Shown here piece by piece: positions 1 through 10,510 of a DNA stretch of 50,267 bases; within the stretch, counting starts at the first letter, position 1, and each line of letters begins with the position of its first letter. The stretch is taken from NCBI GenBank assembly GCA_018823045.1, contig JAHJIX010000011.1, positions 1 to 50,267 of the forward strand, in the 5' to 3' direction. The notes under the pieces were generated by a model that had not been told where the DNA came from, searched no databases, and saw nothing but the letters and a program-made list of their open reading frames with translations. This stretch comes from Patescibacteria group bacterium. Lineage in GTDB: Bacteria; Patescibacteriota; Patescibacteriia; Magasanikbacterales; UBA922. A program made the translations under genes and the position numbers.

Positions 1-76
1 GAGAGAAAAAATTAAAAAGCTATCAAAAGTAACAACGAAAAAAGTTCTTTTAGATGATGCAAAAAAACAACTTCCG

Positions 77-520
77 TTAAAAGAAAAAAAAGAGACAGAG
101 CTTTATTTCATAGGCAAAAATACTTATACTATAGAAAATAATATCAGCAACAAATTTCCCAACAAAAACTCCTAAGGTATAAAAAGGTATCATAAGAGAA
201 AACCAATACATACAAAAAGGTCTTATAAAGAAACTATCCAAAATTTCAGAAAAACCAAATTCTAAACAAAGATGCTGTATTGTTTTAGAACATACCCACA
301 AAGAACTTCTTTCTTTGTATATTTTTTTTGTTTTTTTATAATCTTGAAAAAAAATAGTTCCATAAAATCCAAAATTTTCTCCCAAAGCTCCTGCGTATGC
401 TGCCAATATTCTATTTTGAGTCAAAAGAAAGAAAAAAGAAGCCGAAAAAACAGCAGCAAAAGTAGCAGCAATTTCTGCAGGAAAATATCGAAGAAACCAT
501 TCTTTTATTTTTTTCTTCAT
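77..520 (-). CDS. Hypothetical membrane protein
   Basis: ORF with several hydrophobic segments; ATG at 520 (MKKKIKEW) preferred over 535. Confidence 0.7.
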   Translation of the reverse strand: MKKKIKEWFLRYFPAEIAATFAAVFSASFFFLLTQNRILAAYAGALGENFGFYGTIFFQDYKKTKKIYKERSSLWVCSKTIQHLCLEFGFSEILDSFFIRPFCMYWFSLMIPFYTLGVFVGKFVADIIFYSISIFAYEIKLCLFFFF

Positions 521-556
521 ATAAATAAACACCAAAAATACTATGATTTTTTAAGG

Positions 557-991
557 CTAATATATCACTCCACTCAAATAATTTTTGATTGTAAGCTCTG
601 TTGCTTCAAATAAATTCTTTGGTATATTATCTAAATCAAACCATTTCCATTCAAAACATTTATGAGGTTCCTTTACCAGAGCTTCTCCGCCTTGATAAAG
701 TCCCTTTACAGCAATATTGAGATAATGCTTTCCATCAGAATCAATATATCTCATTTCATCAGCAACAGAAATAAGTTCAAATGTATCGATATCTAAATCA
801 GTTTCTTCCTTGACTTCCCTTTTTGCGGTTTCAAAGATCTTTTCGCCAAATTCGAGATGTCCTCCAGGGAAAGACCACTCTCCGCTACCATGAGAAGCAG
901 CACGAAGACCAAGAAGTACTTGTCCCTTATCATTCAAAATCATAATTCCTACTCCTACTCGAGGGATTTTTTCTTTTGTATTTTTTTGCAT
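557..991 (-). CDS. NUDIX hydrolase (NUDT15/MTH2-like)
   Basis: Nudix box GGHLEFGEKIFETAKREVKEETDL, N-terminal PRVGVG, and EPHKC...W.WF. Confidence 0.9.
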   Translation of the reverse strand: MQKNTKEKIPRVGVGIMILNDKGQVLLGLRAASHGSGEWSFPGGHLEFGEKIFETAKREVKEETDLDIDTFELISVADEMRYIDSDGKHYLNIAVKGLYQGGEALVKEPHKCFEWKWFDLDNIPKNLFEATELTIKNYLSGVIY

Positions 992-1086
992 AATAAAATT
1001 AGTTAATAAAAATTTCGTTTTTTCAAAAAAATTATTCTTCCTTTAGCAATAATTCGTATTTTGTCTTAAAGTTTGTATTGTGATCT

Positions 1087-1410
1087 TTATTGAAATTTGA
1101 GAAACTTTTTGCCGTCTGTTAATCCAATTCTATTTTTGTAAGCGGTATAACTATTATCCACTTTATTTTCTTCCATAAAAAAGCGAAAATCGTTTATTTT
1201 AAAAACAAAAACATCTTTAATTTTTACAAAAAACTTTTCTCTCAATTCTTTTTCTTGGAGCAACAAATCAATGACTTTTTCATCAATATTTTCTACCAAA
1301 TCCAAAAGAAGAATTTGATTTAACTCTGTTTTATCTTCGTTCCAAAGTCTTTCATCAGATTTTAAGACTTTGAGTATCGATTGTTTTATTTTTGCTTGTT
1401 CCGTAGTGTC
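1087..1410 (-). pseudogene. Truncated N-terminal fragment of a type III restriction-modification Mod (DNA methyltransferase) subunit
   Basis: Open frame reads ..KQSILKVLKSDERLWNEDKTELNQILLLDLVENIDEKVIDLLLQEKELREKFFVKIKDVFVFK..NSYTAYKNRIGLTDG, resembling type III Mod N-termini. No in-frame ATG at the 5' end, and it stops before any MTase motif. Confidence 0.6.
1311..1395. repeat. ~85-bp imperfect direct repeat, copy 1 (copy 2 at 2501-2585)
   Basis: taactctgttttatcttcgttccaaagtctttcatcagattttaagactttgagtatc vs taactctgtgttatcttcattccaaagtctttcatcagcttttaagactttgaatatc. Confidence 0.9.
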
Positions 1411-1454
1411 ATCCTTAAAAGTAAAAGTTTGTATTGAGTATAAAGTATTTCTCT

Positions 1455-2417
1455 TTATTTTTCAAAATTAAGTAAAAGCAAAATAATGCCAATCATTTTG
1501 TCTTTATCTTTTGGATCAGATTCTGCAATAAGTATTGTTAAAGTTGCTAAAGTTTCTGGAGTTATTTTTGATTGAAAGTTAAATCCTGCTTTTTGCAAAA
1601 ACCAGACAAAAGCAAAGGCTCCGCTTCGTTTGTTCCCGTCGTTAAAAGGATGATTTTTTATGATGAAATACAGAAGATGAGCGGATTTTTCTTCTAAAGT
1701 TTCATAAGCATCTTGTCCAAAAATGGTTTGAAAAACATTACCTACAATTCCTGTCAAGCTCCCTTTGTGCTTTTCCTGTGCAAACATTTTTGTTGCTTCT
1801 TTTTTGTCTATCAAATCTTTTTTAAGTTTTTGCAAATCATTTTGCAATTCTTCTGCCGTGATTTGAATTTCCTTTTTTGTTCCTTGCTTTGGAAAACTAG
1901 CTTTATCATAGCTATCGAGCGAAAACCAAGTATAAGAAAAAGATTTTATAAGTTCCAAAATATCACTTGTTTGTACATTTTGATTATTTTGAGCTAATAA
2001 TTTTATATTTTCAACAGCTCTTAAAAATGCTTGATGATTTTTTTCTATTCTGTTTGGATTAATTGTAAAACCTTGAGTAATATGCTCTTTTAAGGTTTTG
2101 GTTGCCCATTTACGAAATTCAACAGCTTTTGACGATTTTGTCCTATACCCAACTGCCAAAATAATATCTAATGAGTAAAATTTTACTGGTTTATCAGAAT
2201 TTGCAATGTGCAAATTTTGCACATTGCTTTTTTCAATAATTTCTTTGGTTTTAAATAAATTATTAATATGTTTTGTTATTACCGATCTTTCAATGCCAAA
2301 AATAAAAGCAATTTGAGCTTGTGTCGCCCAGATAGTTTCATTCTCAAAATCTTGACGAAGCTCTAATGCTCCATCTTTTGTTTGATAAATAGCTAATTTG
2401 TTGTTTTCTTGTTTCAT
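1455..2417 (-). CDS. RhuM-family / Fic (DOC) domain protein
   Basis: N-terminal RhuM-like ETIWATQAQIA..YSLDIILAVGYR..FRKWAT; Fic motif HPFNDGNKRSG. Confidence 0.9.
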   Translation of the reverse strand: MKQENNKLAIYQTKDGALELRQDFENETIWATQAQIAFIFGIERSVITKHINNLFKTKEIIEKSNVQNLHIANSDKPVKFYSLDIILAVGYRTKSSKAVEFRKWATKTLKEHITQGFTINPNRIEKNHQAFLRAVENIKLLAQNNQNVQTSDILELIKSFSYTWFSLDSYDKASFPKQGTKKEIQITAEELQNDLQKLKKDLIDKKEATKMFAQEKHKGSLTGIVGNVFQTIFGQDAYETLEEKSAHLLYFIIKNHPFNDGNKRSGAFAFVWFLQKAGFNFQSKITPETLATLTILIAESDPKDKDKMIGIILLLLNFEK

Positions 2418-2500
2418 AATTATTTCTCACTGTTATAGAACTCATCCGTCAAACTCTAATCTTCTTTTGAAATATTACATTTTGAGTCTGCCATTAAGGA

Positions 2501-2585
2501 GAGTTTGGTTTAACTCTGTGTTATCTTCATTCCAAAGTCTTTCATCAGCTTTTAAGACTTTGAATATCAATTTTTTTCGTTTTGC
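2501..2585. repeat. ~85-bp imperfect direct repeat, copy 2; lies in a 43-aa minus-strand ORF (MVVTINNAKRKKLIFKVLKADERLWNEDNTELNQTLLNGRLKM)
   Basis: Direct alignment to 1311-1395. Confidence 0.9.
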
Positions 2586-2651
2586 ATTGTTTATAGTAAC
2601 CACCATTTATAAATTAAAAGGTTTATTCATATACAATTTATCATTCATCAT

Positions 2652-3674
2652 TTACCTCAAATACCTATTCACATTCCCCAAATGTGCATCATAATTTTTT
2701 GCATAGTAAACAGTCCCTTCCATATCCGTAAGAAAGTAATAATAATCATTTTTATCTGGATAAATAGCCGCTTTAATCGCCTCTATACCCGGATTTGAAA
2801 TAGGACTTGGTGGAAGATCTCTATATTTATAGGTATTCCAAAGTGAATCAACCGCGCGTTGATTTGCATCCGTAAACACATCACCTTTGTCATCAAAAAT
2901 ATAATGCACCGTAGAATCCGCCTGCATTCCCATACCATCATCAAGTCGCTTCCAAAAGATATCAGCAACTTTTGCCATATCAACCTTTGATTGAACCTCA
3001 CGCTGAACAAGACTTGCTACGGTCATTACTTCATGAATTGTTCGTCCTGAATCTTTTATTTCCTCTAACATTTCTATGCTGAGAAGCCCCTCTTGATAAA
3101 CAAGCAGCTTACGAACAATTTCTTCAAGACTTGCATCAGCAAAAACTCGAAAAGTATTCATCGCCAAGTACCCCTCATAAGAAACATTTTTTGGTTTATT
3201 TTTGATAATACTCAAATCATAAAATACTTCACTTCCCCCACCATATTCTGCCGGTTTTCCAAGCAAAGTAAAAACTTCTTCTTCTGTAGCAATTCCTTCT
3301 GCCTCAAAATAACGAGCAATATCCCAAAGATTCCATCCTGGCAGAAGTGTGATCGTACGCTCTTCTTTTGACACCTTCTGAATTATAGCCTCAGCAAGTC
3401 GAGCAATAGTTACGGGAGCCTCTACTCTATGCATTCCAACCTTCACCTGTTTGTCATATTTTTTGAGTGCCATGAATTTGAGAAAAAGTTCCTCTGATTC
3501 AATCACCCCACTTTCTACTAAACGATTCGCCAAATCTGAAAGCCCTGCTTCTGTTACTTCAAAAGTAGCCTCCTCTACAAGCGTTGTTTTGTAAATTTTG
3601 TGATACGTCGAATATCCTGCAAGAATTCCGATAATTACGATAAGTAAAATTACTTTTTTTATTATTTTTTTCAT
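2652..3674 (-). CDS. mltG: Endolytic transglycosylase MltG (YceG family)
   Basis: N-terminal TM helix; ASLVQREV, MQADSTVHY, WNTYKYRDLPPSPISNPG, YYYFL..G..YYAK motifs. Confidence 0.93.
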   Translation of the reverse strand: MKKIIKKVILLIVIIGILAGYSTYHKIYKTTLVEEATFEVTEAGLSDLANRLVESGVIESEELFLKFMALKKYDKQVKVGMHRVEAPVTIARLAEAIIQKVSKEERTITLLPGWNLWDIARYFEAEGIATEEEVFTLLGKPAEYGGGSEVFYDLSIIKNKPKNVSYEGYLAMNTFRVFADASLEEIVRKLLVYQEGLLSIEMLEEIKDSGRTIHEVMTVASLVQREVQSKVDMAKVADIFWKRLDDGMGMQADSTVHYIFDDKGDVFTDANQRAVDSLWNTYKYRDLPPSPISNPGIEAIKAAIYPDKNDYYYFLTDMEGTVYYAKNYDAHLGNVNRYLR

Positions 3675-3677
3675 AGA

Positions 3678-6600
3678 TTAGTTATTATTTAATGCATCAA
3701 CCATTTCTTTTGCGGTTAACATATTTGGAGTAAATTTTTTATATATTTGATTCAATATTTCTTGCAAATCAAGTGACTTGTCTCTCAACATTTTTGCCAA
3801 AATCTTTCTTTGTCCAGCAAAAAATGTATCATTATGAGTAAACTCCGCACTATTTTCTCTATTATGCTGACGCTCATGTGTTAGTATAGAAATAAAATCT
3901 TCCAAAAACTTTTGCACTTTCACATCACTCACAGGTAATTTTTGTTCTATTATGGTCGATAATACTCGTCCTTCACCTTCAACGTAGGGTAAATTAAACC
4001 CAATTGTTTCAGAATTTTGAAAAGCATGTGCAAGAGTTCCATCAAAATTAAAATAAAATTGAAATTGCAATTCATTTGCATCTATAAAAGACTTCAAAGC
4101 TTCTGCTAAATACTGATAAGCATAATATACTGATGCTTTTTCTTCAAGTTCTTGATTTTTTGGCAAAGCTCTATCCAAAAGAATGCTCGTTTCATGTGTT
4201 CCAAAAACACGTTCCGCTTCCCTAAGATTACTTGCCTTTTCTCTTTTTCTTTCTTTTCCTTTTTTTAATCGTTGTTTTAAATCTTCAGACAAGATATCTG
4301 ATTCAAGTAATTCAGGGTGTTTTTCTACATAATCTCCCAAATCAACGAGAGCTAATCTACCTCCCTCTATATTAACAGATGGAATACTTACAAGTAAAGC
4401 TATAAAAGCATTATCATCATACAAATATTTTTCTATATTTGAAATTTTTCCTCCATTGACAATAAAGTCCACATCTCTTTGTATATCTGAAGAGATAGGA
4501 AGCTTTCTCTCAAAAAAATCGTACGGCAAATTTTTTATTGCAACATCTCCACGAAGTACTGATTGCAAGTACGACTCAAAAATAAGTCCACGAACATATT
4601 CTTGCAATATCGGCAAAACCTCTTGTTTTTTTGCAATATCTCCACGAGATTTAATCAACTTAATACTTGCAGGAATATCAAGAACTATACCATTTTCTTC
4701 TACATATTCTTGAAATACTTTTGGTAATTCTCCCAAGATTTCTTTATCAAGTTCTTTTATAAACAATCCATTTTGTGTCAAAGCATTTTCTTTTGCTCCA
4801 AAAAGCTTCATAATACCAAACTCTGGAACCTGTACTTCCGCCAAAAGTGGTCTTTCGCTATTTATTTCTGTTTCCCCAAAATTTAATGCAACGCTCTTTC
4901 TATCAATAAGACTACCATAAGACATACAAGCACTTTTACAAATGGCCGCTTCAATTTCTGGCATATCTGTATCTACTTTTTTTCTTATACATGTGCCGGT
5001 ATAAACTTCCATTTTTTCAGCGATATGCACAGAAAAATCAATAATATTATCTTCAAAATCTTTAACAGGTTCTATTTTAAGATAATACACCGTTCCATTT
5101 CCTTTTGACGTCTTTATAAAGACTTCTTTTGCATTGCCAAAAATAGTAAAAAAACCTTGCCCAAATTTTCCAACCATTGTTTCTGAATCTTTTTTACTAC
5201 TTTCATTAGGGATAAGAAGATAATTAATTATTGTATTTAAATCCATTCCAACAGGATCAGTTGTTTCAATAATCAAATCACTTACCTCATATATTTTTTC
5301 TTCAAAAAGTTTTTGTATCTTTTCTATAGAACTTTCATCAATAACTTGAGATCCATACGTTAAAAATATATCATTTAACACGCTTATTATTTCCTCAAAA
5401 ACTTCCTGTTCAAAAGGTCCATATCCTATTTTTTCTTCCACTTTATCCAATAACCAAGCATCAAAGTTATTTTCTTCAACACGAGAAGAAAGCACTGTTT
5501 TTATCAAAGTAAAAATTTCTTCTTTTGTTAATTCTTTTTTTCCTTTTTCCAAATAAGTTTCAATAGAAACTTTTGGAACCTCGAGCAAAGAATCTTTTAT
5601 ACTCTCTATATCTGATACCGTAAAAAATGATTCTCCATTTTCTTTTTTTAATTCCAGAAGATAGGACAAAAAATCTTGTAATTTCTCATGAGAGATCACA
5701 TCAAAATCATTTAAAAAAGAACTTACTTGTATTTCAAATTGATTATCAACTAATTCACGAAAAGAATACTTTTCTTTTGCAATTACAGATATAGCCTCCC
5801 AAATTTTTCTTTTTGAAATAGAACCTTCTCCTTCTTTCACCGCATCTAAGCTGTTTTGCAAAAGCTCTCGAAGCCAAAGATAATCATCATTGACAATCTG
5901 ATTATTCGTAGAATGCATTATGTCTCGCATCGCTTTACTTGCATCTACTCCTTCTTGAGATTCTTGAGCAAAATCTACAAGTTCCTCACTTGTCCCATTA
6001 TGCCCTGAAAAATAACTTTCATTGTCTTTTTTTGCTTGTACGAGAGTACTCAGCATTATTTGATTGTCATAATTTTCTGGATTGATACTTTCTTCATTTT
6101 CTCTTTCGGAGAGGATTTCTCCTCCTTCTAATATATACATAAGATAGGCTCGAGCATCCTTTGATACGTGAGCATAATTTACGGTTTTTAGAGATTTTTG
6201 AATATGCTCCCCATGTATAAAATGGCCTCCATGATGCTTGCGTATTTCTTTTGCAATTTTTAGAATCTCAGGGATATCTAAATGTATAATCTTTTTAAAG
6301 AAAATTTCATAAATACGAAAAAAAGCTTTTTGATCTATTCCATCTAAAAACGAAGGAATAAACTCATTTGGATTTTCTTGGAGTAAGTCACCACCTAAAT
6401 CAAAAAAAATCCTCAAAAATTTATTAAAAACAAGAAATAGCTTTTTATCATACTTAGCAAAATCTTTCTGTATTTCAGATATGGAACACATATTATTTAA
6501 GTTCATCAAGCTATGATGATATTCATAAACTAATATATATTCAGCAGAACCATAACCCTTAAACAAATCTACATACTCTTCAAGAAAAGAAAACCACTCC

Positions 6601-9146
6601 ACCAAAACCTCCTTATGTTCTAATTCTTTTAAAAAAACATACCACCTCTTTACATCAATTTGAGAGAGATATGGAGTACGACCTAAATTGAAATCCTTGA
6701 GTAAATCGCTTATTTCATCATTTAAATCAAAAATGTTTTCATTTGAAAATATTAAACTTTTTGCCTTCAATACTATTTCTGTTTTCTTTTCTTCAGTTAC
6801 AAACGCATAATCTTTTCTCATCCTCATTCCTTCTCCAAATTCTTTTTCATGTGCTAAATCATGATCTTGTTCTTCTATAATCATATCAAGCATTTCTTCT
6901 ACCCTTTGTAACATTTTCTTTCGAATAATAGTATCCTGTATATGTTCAGGATACTCAAATAATGTTCTAAATTCAAACGTATCTGTATAACCAGAATTTT
7001 TACAAATACTTGCAAACACTCCTTCATCTAGGGGTATTTTTTCAACATCACCAACCTCATAGGTTTCTAAAGCAGTTTCAGCTAATTCTCTAGAGATATG
7101 ATTCTCTTGTTTTTCTATCCTCCCCCAATCTTCATCCTCCCCCATTCCTTCTCCCAAATCACCAAGATAAACATTCAAAATCGCAGGCTGATCCTTATAT
7201 CTCTCAAAAACTTCTTCATCAAAAATAATATTTTTCCCTTCACGAATAAGAACCTCATCAGAACCTTCTTTAAATTTTGCCGTAAATAATGTAAACCCCT
7301 TTTTAGATTTAAAATTCAAAACTTGGGAAATTCCTTCAATTTGCTCCAAACTTCCCTCGATAAGTGAAGGATGGATGTAATGTGCGTTTTCTATATCCAA
7401 ATGCAAAAAGTCTTTTCCGTTTGGTAAAAATATATACTCCTCACCTCCATACTCTTCTGAAAAACTTTTTTTAAAAAAATATACAACATTCTCATCTCGC
7501 TTATTACTTTTATTTCTTTCTTGTAATTTTTGCAAAACAGGTATAAGTGTATTACTTAAAGCCAATCTTTGTTCTATCGTTAAATCAGAAATAAAAATAT
7601 TTTGTATTATTTCTTGTAATGAATCAATGGCTACTTTATCTATTGCCAATTCACTCCGACTTTCTGGCAAAGAACAATCCAAAGGAAAATCCAACACTAA
7701 TTCCTCAAAAATATTTTCTCCTACAACATCAAAACTCTCAATACTAATACCATTTACAAGCAAAGAAACTTTTGATTTATTCGTAATATTTTGATTCCAT
7801 TCTATTTTTGTCCTTTCTCCTGCTAAAGATTCGAAATCTTCTCGCTTATTTATTGTTTCTTCATTCACTACAATATCTCCTTGACTATTATATTTCAAAA
7901 GATCTCTGCACAACTCTTCTGCATTTTTATTATCCAAGCCTTCCGCCTCTACTTCAATTTTTGTCCCCTGTGGAAGTTCATCATTCCTTTCGAAATTTAC
8001 AAAAATATCACCAGTTCTTTCATGAATTCGAAAGGTAAGGATATGTCCTTCTTTTCCATTTGAAGTAGAAACCCGAACAAAATCACTTTCTTTTTTGAGA
8101 TGAGAAAAAACCGTATAAAAACCAACCCCAAATCTTCCAATAGTTTCCTTTCCACTTTTTCCCGAAATTTTTGGAATAATTAATTTTTCCAAAAGAATAT
8201 ATGGATTCATTCCTTGTCCATAATCTTGAACAGAATAACCATTCCCTGAAATACTCACATCCACCGATAATTCTGAATTTCCATTTGCATCAATGGCATT
8301 AGAAATAAGCTCAATAACTGAACGATTTTTTTCTGCTGATTGAGAATGAATATCATGTTCAATATCTGCAGCTTTCCATTTTCTTGTTTTATCACCCAAA
8401 ATACTTCCTAATAACTCCGATTCTTTTTCTTCTCGAAAATACAAATCCCGAATATCTTCATTAACATTCAAATAACGAGCATACTCTGTATATTTTTTTT
8501 GTAAAGGATGATTGATACTTTGAAACAATTCTACCCATTCTTCAATTTCTTCTTTTGGAATAAAGATTTTATTTTTTTCACAAGACAATAAAAGTGTATC
8601 GATAACCTCTTCCTCTGAAAAACCTTGATTCAATTTTTTCATTTCATTCACAATTTGTAAACGAATATGTTCAAAAGGAACACTAAGCTCTACATATTTT
8701 CGTAGCTCTAATAAAAAAGAATCAATCTCTTTATTCAACTGCAAATATGCACTTGCAACAAGTGTTTCAGTATATCCAATCAATTGATTTAAAGGAATCC
8801 ATTTTTTTAATTTTTCATCACCTTCAATACCATCACTATAATTCTCCAAAAAACTTTCTCGAATACTATTTAACTGCTCAGGAGAAAGCGTACTTATTTC
8901 ACGAAAAGAGACTTGAAAATGTTCTTGAAGCGTATCATTAACTCTCTTACGAACATCCTGAATACTTGGCATAAGCTTCCTTAATTCTTCTCGACTTAGT
9001 TTATATATATCAATTCCCTCTACTCTCAAAACATCCATCAAAAAATGATTCGCTTCATGAAGATTCATAACATCAAAAGATTCAGATTGTTCTGAAGACT
9101 TTTTTATTATTTTTTCCTGATGTATTCCTTTAAAATTGACAGTCAT
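3678..9146 (-). CDS. Large protein with two GHKL (Hsp90/MutL-like) ATPase domains and a C-terminal HExxH motif
   Basis: ELISNAIDA..DYGQGM..IGRFGVGFYTVF; RELLQNSLDA..DPVGMD..VGKFGQGFFTIF; LTHERQH..THND near the C-terminus. Confidence 0.8.
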   Translation of the reverse strand: MTVNFKGIHQEKIIKKSSEQSESFDVMNLHEANHFLMDVLRVEGIDIYKLSREELRKLMPSIQDVRKRVNDTLQEHFQVSFREISTLSPEQLNSIRESFLENYSDGIEGDEKLKKWIPLNQLIGYTETLVASAYLQLNKEIDSFLLELRKYVELSVPFEHIRLQIVNEMKKLNQGFSEEEVIDTLLLSCEKNKIFIPKEEIEEWVELFQSINHPLQKKYTEYARYLNVNEDIRDLYFREEKESELLGSILGDKTRKWKAADIEHDIHSQSAEKNRSVIELISNAIDANGNSELSVDVSISGNGYSVQDYGQGMNPYILLEKLIIPKISGKSGKETIGRFGVGFYTVFSHLKKESDFVRVSTSNGKEGHILTFRIHERTGDIFVNFERNDELPQGTKIEVEAEGLDNKNAEELCRDLLKYNSQGDIVVNEETINKREDFESLAGERTKIEWNQNITNKSKVSLLVNGISIESFDVVGENIFEELVLDFPLDCSLPESRSELAIDKVAIDSLQEIIQNIFISDLTIEQRLALSNTLIPVLQKLQERNKSNKRDENVVYFFKKSFSEEYGGEEYIFLPNGKDFLHLDIENAHYIHPSLIEGSLEQIEGISQVLNFKSKKGFTLFTAKFKEGSDEVLIREGKNIIFDEEVFERYKDQPAILNVYLGDLGEGMGEDEDWGRIEKQENHISRELAETALETYEVGDVEKIPLDEGVFASICKNSGYTDTFEFRTLFEYPEHIQDTIIRKKMLQRVEEMLDMIIEEQDHDLAHEKEFGEGMRMRKDYAFVTEEKKTEIVLKAKSLIFSNENIFDLNDEISDLLKDFNLGRTPYLSQIDVKRWYVFLKELEHKEVLVEWFSFLEEYVDLFKGYGSAEYILVYEYHHSLMNLNNMCSISEIQKDFAKYDKKLFLVFNKFLRIFFDLGGDLLQENPNEFIPSFLDGIDQKAFFRIYEIFFKKIIHLDIPEILKIAKEIRKHHGGHFIHGEHIQKSLKTVNYAHVSKDARAYLMYILEGGEILSERENEESINPENYDNQIMLSTLVQAKKDNESYFSGHNGTSEELVDFAQESQEGVDASKAMRDIMHSTNNQIVNDDYLWLRELLQNSLDAVKEGEGSISKRKIWEAISVIAKEKYSFRELVDNQFEIQVSSFLNDFDVISHEKLQDFLSYLLELKKENGESFFTVSDIESIKDSLLEVPKVSIETYLEKGKKELTKEEIFTLIKTVLSSRVEENNFDAWLLDKVEEKIGYGPFEQEVFEEIISVLNDIFLTYGSQVIDESSIEKIQKLFEEKIYEVSDLIIETTDPVGMDLNTIINYLLIPNESSKKDSETMVGKFGQGFFTIFGNAKEVFIKTSKGNGTVYYLKIEPVKDFEDNIIDFSVHIAEKMEVYTGTCIRKKVDTDMPEIEAAICKSACMSYGSLIDRKSVALNFGETEINSERPLLAEVQVPEFGIMKLFGAKENALTQNGLFIKELDKEILGELPKVFQEYVEENGIVLDIPASIKLIKSRGDIAKKQEVLPILQEYVRGLIFESYLQSVLRGDVAIKNLPYDFFERKLPISSDIQRDVDFIVNGGKISNIEKYLYDDNAFIALLVSIPSVNIEGGRLALVDLGDYVEKHPELLESDILSEDLKQRLKKGKERKREKASNLREAERVFGTHETSILLDRALPKNQELEEKASVYYAYQYLAEALKSFIDANELQFQFYFNFDGTLAHAFQNSETIGFNLPYVEGEGRVLSTIIEQKLPVSDVKVQKFLEDFISILTHERQHNRENSAEFTHNDTFFAGQRKILAKMLRDKSLDLQEILNQIYKKFTPNMLTAKEMVDALNNN

Positions 9147-9176
9147 ATGATTGAAATGAAAATTTAAAATTTTTAG

Positions 9177-9863
9177 TTACTTCCCATACTTCACCCTCGC
9201 AGCCTCGAGCCTCTCCGGCTGCCCAACATCAATCCAATCCCTATCAGACTCATAGACAAAAAGATCTTTCATATTTGGGAAAACATCATACTCCATACTA
9301 AAAGCATCGGCGGATGGAAAATATTTTTTCACCTGCGGATTAAAAAGATAGATTCCTCCATTTTGGTATCCCGGTTTATGAATTCCTTCTTTTTCTTTGA
9401 ACTCTTTTAAGTGAAACTCTTCATCGTATTCAAGCGTTCCATATGTAAACACATCTGGCACATAGCTGGCCAAGATAATACCATCACTTGTATCTTTTAG
9501 ATATGAATGCATATCTTTAAATGAAATGGTCGTTAAGATATCTCCATTTAAAATAAAAGTAGGCTCAGTAGGCTGAGAAACAAAACCAAAGGCGAACTTG
9601 ACTGCCCCGCCAGTCCCTAATTTTTTGTCTTCAACAGCATAAATCACTTTTACACCATCAACAGCATCGCCCACAGAGTCCTTTAAAACCTCTGACAAAT
9701 GCCCTGCAGCCAATACTACTTCTGTCACCCCTAATTCCTTTAATTTTTCAATTTGCCACTGTAATATGGTTTTTCCTCCTATTTCAAGTAAAATCTTTGG
9801 AATTGACTTGGTAATATCTCCTAATCGTGTTGATAATCCCCCACATAAAATAATAGCATTCAT
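9177..9863 (-). CDS. Sugar-phosphate nucleotidyltransferase (NTP_transferase family)
   Basis: AIILCGGLSTRL..PKILL, LGTGGA, NGD, WIDVG motifs. Confidence 0.9.
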   Translation of the reverse strand: MNAIILCGGLSTRLGDITKSIPKILLEIGGKTILQWQIEKLKELGVTEVVLAAGHLSEVLKDSVGDAVDGVKVIYAVEDKKLGTGGAVKFAFGFVSQPTEPTFILNGDILTTISFKDMHSYLKDTSDGIILASYVPDVFTYGTLEYDEEFHLKEFKEKEGIHKPGYQNGGIYLFNPQVKKYFPSADAFSMEYDVFPNMKDLFVYESDRDWIDVGQPERLEAARVKYGK

Positions 9864-9864
9864 A

Positions 9865-10386
9865 TTATAAAAACAAAAAAATACTTAAAAAAGACACACA
9901 TACAGCAAAAATAATGCCCCCGAGAATATCTCGAGGATAATGCACTCCTGCCCATACTCGAGCCCCACCAATAAGTAATCCACAGATAGGAAGCAATATA
10001 TAGCTCAATACCCCACCCCAAAAGAATAAAAAGGTCGTAATAAAAACAAATGAGACCAATGTATGATCTGATGGAAAAGACTTCCAATTGCTCATTGGCT
10101 GAATTAATTGCTTGGTTGCTGGAAAATCAATAGCAGGACGACGATGCGGCATCACATAGCCAGTAGCCCAACTCAAAGCTAGACCAAAAAAGATAGAGAT
10201 TGCTGTAATCTTAGCAAAAACAAGAATATCCACCCCTTCAGTTAACGCCCAAATACCAATGCCTGAAATAAAGACAATAATGCCCCAATACCCAATAAAA
10301 AACACTAATTTATCAACAAAAGGCCAATTGCCCACATGGCGATTAATACGTAAAAATAATTTATGACTCCAAGATTTTTGTATCAT
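9865..10386 (-). CDS. PAP2-family phosphatase (undecaprenyl-diphosphatase-like)
   Basis: RRP, SFPSDH, ARVWAGVHYPRDILGG motifs; TM segments. Confidence 0.9.
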   Translation of the reverse strand: MIQKSWSHKLFLRINRHVGNWPFVDKLVFFIGYWGIIVFISGIGIWALTEGVDILVFAKITAISIFFGLALSWATGYVMPHRRPAIDFPATKQLIQPMSNWKSFPSDHTLVSFVFITTFLFFWGGVLSYILLPICGLLIGGARVWAGVHYPRDILGGIIFAVCVSFLSIFLFL

Positions 10387-10510
10387 ACTTCCTATATCAT
10401 ACCGAAATTACACACAAAGAGCAATGCAAGCACTTGATTTTTTTTTACAGATGATGTACACTAAGCATAGTTTCAGATTTGAAATTGTATTTTTATTGTT
10501 AATTGAACGT

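Noticed and set aside
1-175. Open plus-strand frame at the window start (REKIKKLSKV...)
   Set aside because: Possibly a gene's 3' end, but too short, motif-free and overlapping the minus-strand ORF; cannot support a call.
10428-10440. AAGCACTTGATTT resembling the motif-B loop upstream of rpmF
   Set aside because: Not in a comparable hairpin; lies in a divergent promoter region, so likely chance.
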